DNA of 25,136 bases, from contig JAGGSA010000115.1 of assembly GCA_021159325.1 (NCBI GenBank), positions 1 to 25,136 on the forward strand, written 5' to 3'. Below, in pieces: positions 7,627 through 15,073 of the stretch. Position 1 is the first letter of the stretch. Each line of letters begins with the position of its first letter. Origin of the DNA: Methanomicrobia archaeon. Its GTDB lineage: Archaea; Methanobacteriota_B; Thermococci; Methanofastidiosales; B48-G16. Under the pieces are notes generated by a model, which searched no databases, had not been told where the DNA came from, and was given only the letters and a program-made list of their open reading frames with translations. The position numbers and the translations under genes were made by a program.

Positions 7627-8880
7627 CTAATAACACTGCATCTCCAAGGGACATCCTGCTGTACATTCCCTGTTTTTATATTTTTCACATTCCTTACATT
7701 CCTCCGGCATGTACTCTCTATTTCTTATATATCTTGCCAGCTCTGAGTTCCATATATTCTGCCATGGATCCTTTAAAATATTTCCCATGGGCTCAAACCA
7801 GCTCTGACATGGGATAACATCCCCATTTGGTTCAACAGTGACATTGATCCTCGCTGCTGAACATACCTTCAATCCAAGTCCATACTCCACAGGATCTATC
7901 TCACATCTCTTTGTTGGAGTATACCAGACAAGCTCAAGATTAAGTTCATCGCATACCTCGATTATTTTTTCAAGGGTAGCTCTTAACTCATTGAGAGAAA
8001 GAGCATACTCCCTTTTTGCCTTGCCGGAGTAGATGATAGAGTTAAAAGCAAGTCTTTTTAGACCGAGATCACTCAAAAAATAAATGAATTTTTCAATATC
8101 TTTATAGTTATACTTCATCAGCGTTGTATTTGTCAGAGTAAATACAGAAGAGTCCACAGCTTTTTTTATTCCCTCTACCGTTTCCTTCCATGAATTTGCT
8201 CCCGTGATTTTATTATGCACATCTTCAAATCCTTCTATCGTGATCTGAAGATGATCAAGTTCCGCCTTTTCCAGATCATCCATATATTTTGATAGAAGTC
8301 TTCCGTTCGTGATAAGTCCTGTAACGAGGTTTTTGCTGTGAGCCACAAGATCCACAATATCCTCTCTTAAAAGAGGCTCTCCACCTGTGAAGATCACTGA
8401 GTTACTGAGATCAGATATGATATCGATGATCTTTTTCCATTCCTCTGTACTCAGTTCCTCTGTTTCCCTGGGGGATGCTGCATAACAGTGGATGCACTTA
8501 TTGTTGCATCTGTAAGTTACAGCAAGATCAAATCGATGGGGAGCTTTAAGCTCATAGTCCTTGGAGAACGGTGAGATACTCTCTATTCCGAGAGAGGAGA
8601 ATGGACATATATCCTTTGAAGATGCAAGAGCTATGATGCTGAAATAGATCTTTTCATAATCTTTCTCTATTTTTTCCTTGGATACTTTATACTTCTTTCT
8701 CATTATCTTTATTATCTCATTCTTCGTTTTTTCCTCCATTATATATTTCACATACTCTGTTGCAGTTTCATTGAGATAGAGGATATGTGCTCCATTTATA
8801 TTCAGAACAGAGAATCCTTTTTCCTCTCTCAGACTGAGTCTTATCTTTCCTTCCTCAAAAAACAGTGTTTTTCTGAACAT
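7627..8880 (-). CDS. Radical SAM / SPASM-domain peptide-maturase-like enzyme with N-terminal PqqD-like RRE domain
   Basis: Start at ATG 8878-8880 (MFRKTLFFEEGKIRL...), preceded by GGAGGAGGAGGA and overlapping the upstream stop (TGATG). The N-terminal ~85 aa (VLNINGAHILYLNETATEYVKYI...EIIKIMRKKYKVSKEKIEKDYEKIYFSII) has a PqqD/RRE-like pattern. CNNKCIHCY is the CxxxCxxC radical SAM cluster motif. The C-terminus carries a 7-Cys SPASM pattern (Cx13C ... CxxCx7CxxxC ... C). The track's longer N-terminus (MRMCIMCVC...) is a different-frame read-through of the repeat and is rejected. Confidence 0.8.
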   Translation of the reverse strand: MFRKTLFFEEGKIRLSLREEKGFSVLNINGAHILYLNETATEYVKYIMEEKTKNEIIKIMRKKYKVSKEKIEKDYEKIYFSIIALASSKDICPFSSLGIESISPFSKDYELKAPHRFDLAVTYRCNNKCIHCYAASPRETEELSTEEWKKIIDIISDLSNSVIFTGGEPLLREDIVDLVAHSKNLVTGLITNGRLLSKYMDDLEKAELDHLQITIEGFEDVHNKITGANSWKETVEGIKKAVDSSVFTLTNTTLMKYNYKDIEKFIYFLSDLGLKRLAFNSIIYSGKAKREYALSLNELRATLEKIIEVCDELNLELVWYTPTKRCEIDPVEYGLGLKVCSAARINVTVEPNGDVIPCQSWFEPMGNILKDPWQNIWNSELARYIRNREYMPEECKECEKYKNRECTAGCPLEMQCY

Positions 8881-10469
8881 CAGAATCCTCCTCCTCCAGC
8901 ACACGCACATGCACAGGAGACACATGCGCATGCACACGCACATGATACACATGCGCATACACAGGATTTTCCTGAGTGTGCTATCACTATTGGTGTTATT
9001 GCACCTGCAAGTTTTTTGGCACTTATTCCCGGGTTCTTTTCAATGCTCTTCTTGCCTTTGCCAAAGTTTTTTGCAAACTCCTTCCCCTTATAGCTTCCCT
9101 TTGGCAGATTGTACCATATCCACCATGATGTGGGTCTGAAAGTTGCGTCCACATCTTTGAATGTAGATCCAAACTTATCATCAAATTTATCATCTATCAT
9201 AAGCCATCCAGCCTTTTCACCGAAGAGCCTGTATCTCTCTTCTGGAGACACATTCTTCAGCTCTCCCCAGAACTTTTCTATCTTTTCTTTATAGTACTTC
9301 TCTGTATCTCTTCTGCAGTATCCTTTCATCTTTCTGTCCACATTCCTGCTCAGACTCTTTAAAACAATTTTAACTCCATCCACGTCCAAGGTACCATCCT
9401 CTTTAATCCCCTTCAGCAGGAACTGATTCTCATAATAAAATGTTTTTCCCTCAAGAACTACTTCACATCCACAGTATTCACAGTACTCTATCTCCGATTC
9501 TCCCTTCATGGGAGCGCCACAGTTGGGGCAGTGATATGTCTTCTGTTCTTCCCTTGTAGGTAAGATCTCGACCTTTACAGGATTCCACTGGAGGATTCTT
9601 ATCCTCCCCTTCTTCACAAGTCCGAATAAGATTATATTGATTATCTTGAACGGATGGGCTCCAAGAAGAACAGCTGCTTCAGCGTTGTCAAGATCCTTCC
9701 GCACTCCAAGAGACTCCATATGCATTGTGGGATCCTTATACATTTTTTTGGCAGCCTTCAATACCCTGTAAAGGGTATAGGCTACAACTATGAAGGTTAC
9801 AAGAATAAAAAGAATTCCGATTATAATTGATAGGTTATCACTCTCTGGCTTTTTTTCCAGAACATTCGTTACGTATCCCTCAGGAAAGGATATTCCACAG
9901 TCAAATCTTTCTCCTTTTGATAGAGTTCTTTCCCAGTATGCAAATGCTCTTCCGTTTTCTTCTCCAAAGTTATCCGCAGGGACAGGTTTACATCCAAGTT
10001 CCTCTTTTGATACTCCTTCAGGAGCTATAAACTTTACTCTTAAGATATTCACATCCTGATAATCCCAGTAAGCGGGTATAAACTCAACACCTACTCTCCC
10101 CTCCACATCTTTATAAACCATATCAGGAACTATAAGATGGATCTTTAATTTTGTGATATCTCCAGTATTGGCTATTTCTGGGAAGTATATCTTCAGTCTT
10201 TTTCCCTGTTTTTCAACATCAAGCATTGTATTTCCCGATGTTACAGAGTAATCGGTGATCTCATCCTTTGGGATTCCAAAATATATACCTCTCTGAGGCC
10301 CTGAAGTTGTTTCAATAGTTAAAAAATACCATATATCAAGCGAAGAATCATTCTGAACAGTTATTTCCACATTTTCCTCTTTTATAACGAACTCAGGTCC
10401 ATTGGCAAAAGAAATCCCAAGAAACAAAAAAATTATTCCTGCAAGAATAAGCCCATACCTCTTTTTCAT
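8880..10469 (-). CDS. Type-I membrane protein (DUF2207-like architecture: signal peptide, ~190-aa extracytoplasmic domain, TM, cytoplasmic Zn-ribbon) with C-terminal Cys-rich (CxC)n-GGGGF tail
   Basis: 529 aa. ATG 10467-10469 with GAGGAG 5 nt upstream. The N-terminal MKKRYGLILAGIIFLFLGISFANG is a signal peptide. A TM helix lies at ~res 213-236. The Zn ribbon is HCPNCG...CEYCGC. The last 27 aa are SCVCACVSCACACACVSCACACAGGGGF. The stop overlaps the rSAM ATG. Confidence 0.75.
   Translation of the reverse strand: MKKRYGLILAGIIFLFLGISFANGPEFVIKEENVEITVQNDSSLDIWYFLTIETTSGPQRGIYFGIPKDEITDYSVTSGNTMLDVEKQGKRLKIYFPEIANTGDITKLKIHLIVPDMVYKDVEGRVGVEFIPAYWDYQDVNILRVKFIAPEGVSKEELGCKPVPADNFGEENGRAFAYWERTLSKGERFDCGISFPEGYVTNVLEKKPESDNLSIIIGILFILVTFIVVAYTLYRVLKAAKKMYKDPTMHMESLGVRKDLDNAEAAVLLGAHPFKIINIILFGLVKKGRIRILQWNPVKVEILPTREEQKTYHCPNCGAPMKGESEIEYCEYCGCEVVLEGKTFYYENQFLLKGIKEDGTLDVDGVKIVLKSLSRNVDRKMKGYCRRDTEKYYKEKIEKFWGELKNVSPEERYRLFGEKAGWLMIDDKFDDKFGSTFKDVDATFRPTSWWIWYNLPKGSYKGKEFAKNFGKGKKSIEKNPGISAKKLAGAITPIVIAHSGKSCVCACVSCACACACVSCACACAGGGGF
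8899..8964. repeat. Imperfect alternating purine-pyrimidine (CA/CG/TG)n microsatellite, ~66 bp
   Basis: The sequence gcacacgcacatgcacaggagacacatgcgcatgcacacgcacatgatacacatgcgcataca is a GC-rich island in an AT-rich genome. It encodes the Cys-Ala/Val repeat tail on the minus strand and His-Ala repeats in a spurious plus-strand frame. Confidence 0.8.
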
Positions 10470-10531
10470 ATGATCTCCTCTTTTCTATTTTTAGAATCAA
10501 AGTTTTTAAAGTTTTCTATCGCAGTATAATT

Positions 10532-10945
10532 ATGAATGATCATTTTTTCATATACATAGGTTATGAACTTGCACATCTTAATGATCATCTTCCTGAAGAA
10601 AGGGTATCCTTAAAAGATCTTATAAAACAGGGAAAAACTGTGATAAAAACAAAGACAGGGGAGCATTATTTTGAAAAAAGTGATATTGATACTCTGAAGA
10701 GTTTTGTTCCAAGGGAATTCTGGAATAAAATATATCTGCCACTGATATTTCTCAGGAAAAAGGAAGTATATGAGTTTACAGGCAACATATATGAATGTTT
10801 CCTGATAAAGAAGATCCTGAATGGTGAGAGGTATACCTATGATGCGGTGATAGAAACAGATAAAAGATTGATCCTTTATACCCCGCAGATCATAGAGTTA
10901 AAGAAAAAGTTTAAGAGTATCTTTGTTATAGGTTTCAGCATATGA
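10532..10945 (+). CDS. Hypothetical protein (no recognisable family)
   Basis: 137-aa ORF with an ATG start, no obvious SD, and no motifs I recognise. It lies divergent from the minus-strand operon and is followed by a T-rich terminator region. Confidence 0.3.
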   Translation: MNDHFFIYIGYELAHLNDHLPEERVSLKDLIKQGKTVIKTKTGEHYFEKSDIDTLKSFVPREFWNKIYLPLIFLRKKEVYEFTGNIYECFLIKKILNGERYTYDAVIETDKRLILYTPQIIELKKKFKSIFVIGFSI

Positions 10946-10989
10946 TGAATGAATCCAATTCTGATCCAAGATGATGAGACTTATGAGCG

Positions 10990-11034
10990 CTGAAGCTTTT
11001 TTATTTTTTATTCTGTATATATTAAAATAAAAAA
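10990..11034. terminator. T/A-rich bidirectional terminator region between convergent genes
   Basis: On the plus strand, gaagcttttttattttttattc follows the ORF ending at 10945. On the minus strand, TTTTAATTTTTTATTTTAATAT follows the AOR stop at 11035. These are oligo-T archaeal terminators. Confidence 0.4.
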
Positions 11035-12837
11035 TTAAAAGAGTTTTTTTGCCACATCCTTCAGTCCAAGGCTCTCAAGTGTCTCTTTTTTTGGAACTCC
11101 GTTTTCGTCCCATCCCCTTATTTCATAGTACATTGATAACATCTTATCATACTTCTCTCTGTCCAGATGGTACCCTTTAAGCTCACCTTCACTTAAAGGC
11201 TGGGAGAACCATCTTTCAGGTGGATAATCCATTTTCCTATCCCATTCTCCTTTTTCCCTGATCCAGAAAGCCCTGATGAGAGCATAGATCCTGTCACCTA
11301 TTTTGTTCAGATCATACATTGTGAATGTTTCTCCGGTGGCTACACTCAGGTACTTTGGATACCAGTCAAGATCAAAACCTATCTCAACCCATGGAAGTCT
11401 GCATGCTGTGAGGGATTCAAACATTCCTCCTCTTATCCTCTGGAGTTCAATAACTTTTTCCACCTTTTCCCTGTTATATGAGAATCTATCTGTTGATATC
11501 TCCCATGAGATTACCCATGAATCCTTATGGTGAGCACCTATGGGCGATGTACCAAAAGCCAGAGCCATTCCAGGACATGCATGACAGTTATATGCGGAGA
11601 TCTCCAGTCCTTTCACATGCATTGCAAACTCTTTGCCCCCATACTTTTCAGATGCGTATCTGACTCCTTCTGCAAGATCCTTTCCTATACCCTCTCTGTT
11701 CAGTATTTTAATTATCATTTCCTTGGCTTTCTCAAAGTCTCCCCACTCTATCTTTTCAGAGATCATTCCTCTTTCAGATAGTTCCATTGCAAATCCTATG
11801 GCGTTTCCAAGGGATATTGTATCAAATCCAAGTTCATCTGCCATCCTGTTCAGTGTTGCCACCTGTTTCAGATCTCCGATACCGAGATTTGGTCCGAGCA
11901 TTCCCACATTCTCATAATCGAGCTCTGATTTCAGGCCTTCTGTATCAAGGATCGTGTTACCACACTGCATATTGCATAGAGGGCATCCTCTTCTCTCCAC
12001 TTTTATTTTTGCCATTGCCTTTCCATCAACGTTATCTGCAAGCTCAAAAACACCTTCTCTGTAATTTCTCGTAGGAAGACATGAGTTTGCATTTGTCCAT
12101 TCCAAGGCCTGCATTGTACCTTCAGTAATCCAGAAATCATATAGTTTTTTGTTCTTGATCTCTTTATACCCTTCCAGTCCCATTTCCTTGAGTTTTTCCA
12201 TGTCATATACAGGGATCTCCTTTGTTCCCTTTATGACAATGGCCTTTACATTTTTCGATCCCATGACTGCACCCATTCCGGGTCTTCCTCCTGCCCTTCC
12301 CTTCTGGGATATTATAGTTGAGATCTTTATCATTCTTTCTCCAGCGGGTCCTATCAGCAGTATTCCTGCATCCTTTCCATATTTCTTTTCGAGGATATCC
12401 TGTGCTTCAAATGTGTCCTTCCCCCAGAGTTCGGATGCATCCAGGATCTCAACATTATCATCATTTATATAGATATAACAGGGTGTTTCTGACTTGTTTT
12501 CAAGAATCACAACATCGTATCCCGCTTTCCTCAGATTTACAGCTGCCATTGTTCCCAGATTTCCATCTCCGTATCCTCCTGTAAGAGGAGATTTGGCTGC
12601 CACAACGAGTTTCCCTGAGCTTGGCAGAGGAAGACCTGTCAGTGGCCCTGCTGCAAAAATAAGTTTATTTTTTTCTGACAGGGGATCTACACCCTTTTCC
12701 AGTTCATTCCATAGAAGCTTGATCGCAAAACCTCTTCCTCCGAGGTATGTCTTTGCAAAGTTCAGATCATACTTTCTCACCTTGGAGCTCTTATCCTTCA
12801 GATTTACTCTCAGAATCTTCCCATTCCATCCATACAT
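11035..12837 (-). CDS. aor: Tungsten-containing aldehyde:ferredoxin oxidoreductase (AOR family)
   Basis: Start at ATG 12835-12837 ([13 protein letters not shown]..., the canonical AOR N-terminus), with AGGTG 6 nt upstream. The track start at 12846 is a GTG. ~600 aa with AOR N-terminal and catalytic domains (the region around CNMQCG, including the conserved Cys ligands for the 4Fe-4S cluster). Confidence 0.9.
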   Translation of the reverse strand: MYGWNGKILRVNLKDKSSKVRKYDLNFAKTYLGGRGFAIKLLWNELEKGVDPLSEKNKLIFAAGPLTGLPLPSSGKLVVAAKSPLTGGYGDGNLGTMAAVNLRKAGYDVVILENKSETPCYIYINDDNVEILDASELWGKDTFEAQDILEKKYGKDAGILLIGPAGERMIKISTIISQKGRAGGRPGMGAVMGSKNVKAIVIKGTKEIPVYDMEKLKEMGLEGYKEIKNKKLYDFWITEGTMQALEWTNANSCLPTRNYREGVFELADNVDGKAMAKIKVERRGCPLCNMQCGNTILDTEGLKSELDYENVGMLGPNLGIGDLKQVATLNRMADELGFDTISLGNAIGFAMELSERGMISEKIEWGDFEKAKEMIIKILNREGIGKDLAEGVRYASEKYGGKEFAMHVKGLEISAYNCHACPGMALAFGTSPIGAHHKDSWVISWEISTDRFSYNREKVEKVIELQRIRGGMFESLTACRLPWVEIGFDLDWYPKYLSVATGETFTMYDLNKIGDRIYALIRAFWIREKGEWDRKMDYPPERWFSQPLSEGELKGYHLDREKYDKMLSMYYEIRGWDENGVPKKETLESLGLKDVAKKLF

Positions 12838-12869
12838 TTTCAACACCTGATCCTACTTATCCTCCACAT

Positions 12870-13544
12870 TTATAACTGTTTTTGTTTTTCCTGAATAAAC
12901 TCTGTAACGAGAGTTCTTTCAACAAACTCAAAGTTGCTGTCAAACTCAGGACAGAGATCAATGAATTTATAGGAAGGTGCAGCAACATAGAAATCTTTAT
13001 TGAAGTGTCTGGCTGTTAAGGCCAGTGGAAGCGTGCCAGTTTTATTTATGAATCCTTCTTCCAGAAGAGAATCAGCCCCGGAAACAACAATATCAGAGTT
13101 CTTAACGGCATAACTCATAAATGCATCGAGATATATTTCTGCTTTTTTTCCTCTATCCTTCAGCCATCTGAATGTATCAATTCCTTCCTTTTCAGGTCTG
13201 GATTCCAGAATATTGATCTTTTTTGCCTTTAATAATCCTCTTTCAACTATATGACTTCTGCTTATCACTGTAACAATCTTGTTCTCAGCTATTTTTTCCA
13301 GATTTTCAGATGTTCTTCTATTCATCTCCTCAAATTTGTCAATTATTTTATTTATTTTCATACCAGATTCAATATTATCCACAATAAACCTCAATCCAGC
13401 CATTGAGGGATGCGTATCCAGTATCTTTTTGCATATTTCCAGTCTCTCATCTTCGTCTGTATCTTTGAGGAGTTCCAGTGTATTTTTAATTATTTTCGAA
13501 GAACCACTTCGATTATCGGATAGTATGGACTCAAGATCTCTCAT
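12870..13544 (-). CDS. eIF-2B alpha/beta/delta-related (IF-2B family) protein, short form
   Basis: 224 aa with an ATG start. The C-terminal GADSLLEEGFINKTGTLPLALTARHFNKDFYVAAPSYKF matches the IF-2B/MtnA-family Rossmann-like core. It lacks the N-terminal domain of MtnA/R15P isomerases. Confidence 0.5.
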   Translation of the reverse strand: MRDLESILSDNRSGSSKIIKNTLELLKDTDEDERLEICKKILDTHPSMAGLRFIVDNIESGMKINKIIDKFEEMNRRTSENLEKIAENKIVTVISRSHIVERGLLKAKKINILESRPEKEGIDTFRWLKDRGKKAEIYLDAFMSYAVKNSDIVVSGADSLLEEGFINKTGTLPLALTARHFNKDFYVAAPSYKFIDLCPEFDSNFEFVERTLVTEFIQEKQKQL

Positions 13545-13858
13545 ATCTTATAATTCAGCCCTGATTTTATTAAATTTTAGTATGCAGAAGAATCATTGTA
13601 CCGAAAAGTTTTTAAATAATAAAACATATACAAAGGCATTACTCTCTGCTGTACCGCTTCCCGATCCCGATCTCAGGAAAGAACTGGTACCTCTCAAAGG
13701 TGACGTCCCAAGTCCTGTCAATCCTCTATCAAGGATGTAGGTTTCATCCAAGACGCATACATGCCATGGAGATCTGTAAAAAGGAAGAACAGATCTTAAA
13801 AGGAATCAGAGAAGACCATATGGTAGCCTGTTATCTTTATAATGAAAAAACTTAAAAA

Positions 13859-13890
13859 AGATCAGGAAAAAGTTTATTTATGCCTGATCA
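13859..13890 (+). promoter_or_regulatory. Candidate cit-operon promoter: TATA-like TTTATTTAT embedded in a 7-bp inverted repeat (GATCAGG-N16-CCTGATC)
   Basis: Seen directly. The arms are 13860-13866 and 13883-13889, and the spacer contains aaaaagtttatttatg. It is ~60 nt upstream of the ATG at 13946, which has GGAGGAG 5 nt upstream. Confidence 0.35.
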
Positions 13891-13945
13891 AAATAAAGTA
13901 AAAAACTCGGAATATATTGAAATATTCATCTGTGGAGGAGTTTAA

Positions 13946-15073
13946 ATGGATAGAACTGGAACCTCAGGAAGTGAAGAAAAGGGGGATTGTTATGTTGAAG
14001 TTACCCTTGATTCCGAAAATCTTGAGATCGATATTCAGAGTAAAGTCGAGAAACTCTATGGGAAGTCCATAAGAAAGACTGTGAAGGAAACATTGAAAAG
14101 ATTTGGTATAAAAAAAGGAGTGATAAGAGTAAGGGATAAAGGTGCCTATGATTTTGTCATATCTGCAAGATTAGAGGCAGCATTGTTAAAGGCTGGAGTA
14201 AAAATAGAGAATGATCGTATAGAGAGGGGAAAGGAGAGAGAGATAAAGTTGAGAAGAACAAGATTGTATCTTCCAGGAAACAATCCAAAGCTTCTCTTTG
14301 ATGGAAGTATATTTGACTGCGATTGTGTGATTCTGGATTTGGAGGATTCAGTTAAGATAGATGATAAAATAGATGCGAGAATCCTTGTGAGAAATGCTCT
14401 TTTTGAAATAAAGTACAGGCAGGAGAGGATGGTGAGGGTGAATCCACTTCCTCTTGGAGAAGAAGATTTAAAAGAGATACTGAAAACAGATGTTGATACT
14501 ATTTTAATCCCAAAGGTGGAAACAAAATTACAACTGGAGAAATTTACAGAAATAATTGAAAAATATGAATCTGAATATAAAAAAGATAAAAAAGTAAGAG
14601 TTATACCAATAATAGAGACAGCCTTGGGTCTTGAAAATGCTTTTGAGATAGCGTCTCATGAGAGAGTTGTGGCTATGACATTTGGGGCAGAGGATTACCT
14701 TGCTGATGTTGGTGGTGAGAGGAGCAATGAGGCTCTGTTTTATCTCAGATCAAGGATACTCAACGCAGCAAAGGCATGGAAAAAACAGGCTCTTGATACA
14801 GTATTCCCTAATGTTAACGATGAAAAAGGTTTAGAGGAGGAAACAAGACTTATCAAAGGCATGGGATATGACGGGAAGGGGATCATACATCCAAGACAGG
14901 CAGAGATAATTCATAGAGTCTTTACTCCGTCAGATGAGGAGTATAAAAAAGCAAAAAGAATTATAGAAGCATTTGAAAGATCGAAAGGAGTTGTTGCAAT
15001 AGATGGAAGGATGATAGACCTTCCTGTCGTTAAAAGAGCTCAAAAAATAGTTGATCTTTATGAGGGGAGATAA
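13946..15073 (+). CDS. citDE: Citrate lyase acyl-carrier (gamma, CitD) fused to citrate lyase beta subunit / citryl-CoA lyase (CitE, HpcH/HpaI aldolase fold)
   Basis: Residues 1-95 align with CitD (GTSGS...GD...IDIQS.VEK.YG..IR.TV...L..F......I.V.DKGA.DFVI.ARLEAAL), including a Ser in the GTSGS position equivalent to the prosthetic-group Ser. The remainder is CitE-like (LRRTRLYLPGNNPKLL...DCVILDLEDSV...). 375 aa. Confidence 0.8.
   Translation: MDRTGTSGSEEKGDCYVEVTLDSENLEIDIQSKVEKLYGKSIRKTVKETLKRFGIKKGVIRVRDKGAYDFVISARLEAALLKAGVKIENDRIERGKEREIKLRRTRLYLPGNNPKLLFDGSIFDCDCVILDLEDSVKIDDKIDARILVRNALFEIKYRQERMVRVNPLPLGEEDLKEILKTDVDTILIPKVETKLQLEKFTEIIEKYESEYKKDKKVRVIPIIETALGLENAFEIASHERVVAMTFGAEDYLADVGGERSNEALFYLRSRILNAAKAWKKQALDTVFPNVNDEKGLEEETRLIKGMGYDGKGIIHPRQAEIIHRVFTPSDEEYKKAKRIIEAFERSKGVVAIDGRMIDLPVVKRAQKIVDLYEGR

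Noticed and set aside
7022-7817. Phe/Leu/Ser-rich plus-strand ORFs (7022..7582, 7152..7373, 7389..7817)
   Set aside because: They lie antisense to the K/E-rich coiled-coil and SPFH genes, have low-complexity composition typical of shadow ORFs, and show no start context.
8881-8958. Long N-terminal extension of the rSAM ORF (MRMCIMCVCMRMCLLCMCVC...)
   Set aside because: It is a different-frame read-through of the (CA/CG)n tract and overlaps the genuine in-frame C-terminus of the upstream gene. The ATG at 8880 has a strong SD and a TGATG overlap.
8899-8964. Possibility that the repetitive tract is a CRISPR array or IS-element terminal repeat
   Set aside because: There is no repeat-spacer periodicity, the units are 2-6 nt not ~30 nt, there are no cas or transposase genes nearby, and the tract is in-frame coding sequence.
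8785-9139. Plus-strand ORFs 8785..9093 and 8909..9139 with His-Ala and His-Met-Arg repeats
   Set aside because: These are antisense or alternative-frame artefacts of the alternating purine-pyrimidine tract inside two well-supported minus-strand genes.
11303-12850. Cluster of plus-strand ORFs inside the AOR gene
   Set aside because: They are shadow ORFs antisense to a strongly supported 600-aa AOR. They have no SD or promoters and Pro/Ser/Phe-rich composition.
13279-13740. ORF 13279..13740 (+) extending from antisense of the IF-2B-like gene into the intergenic region
   Set aside because: The 5' half is antisense to a supported gene. The intergenic 52-codon tail lacks an SD or promoter. It was kept only as a possible small-RNA/regulatory region under findings.
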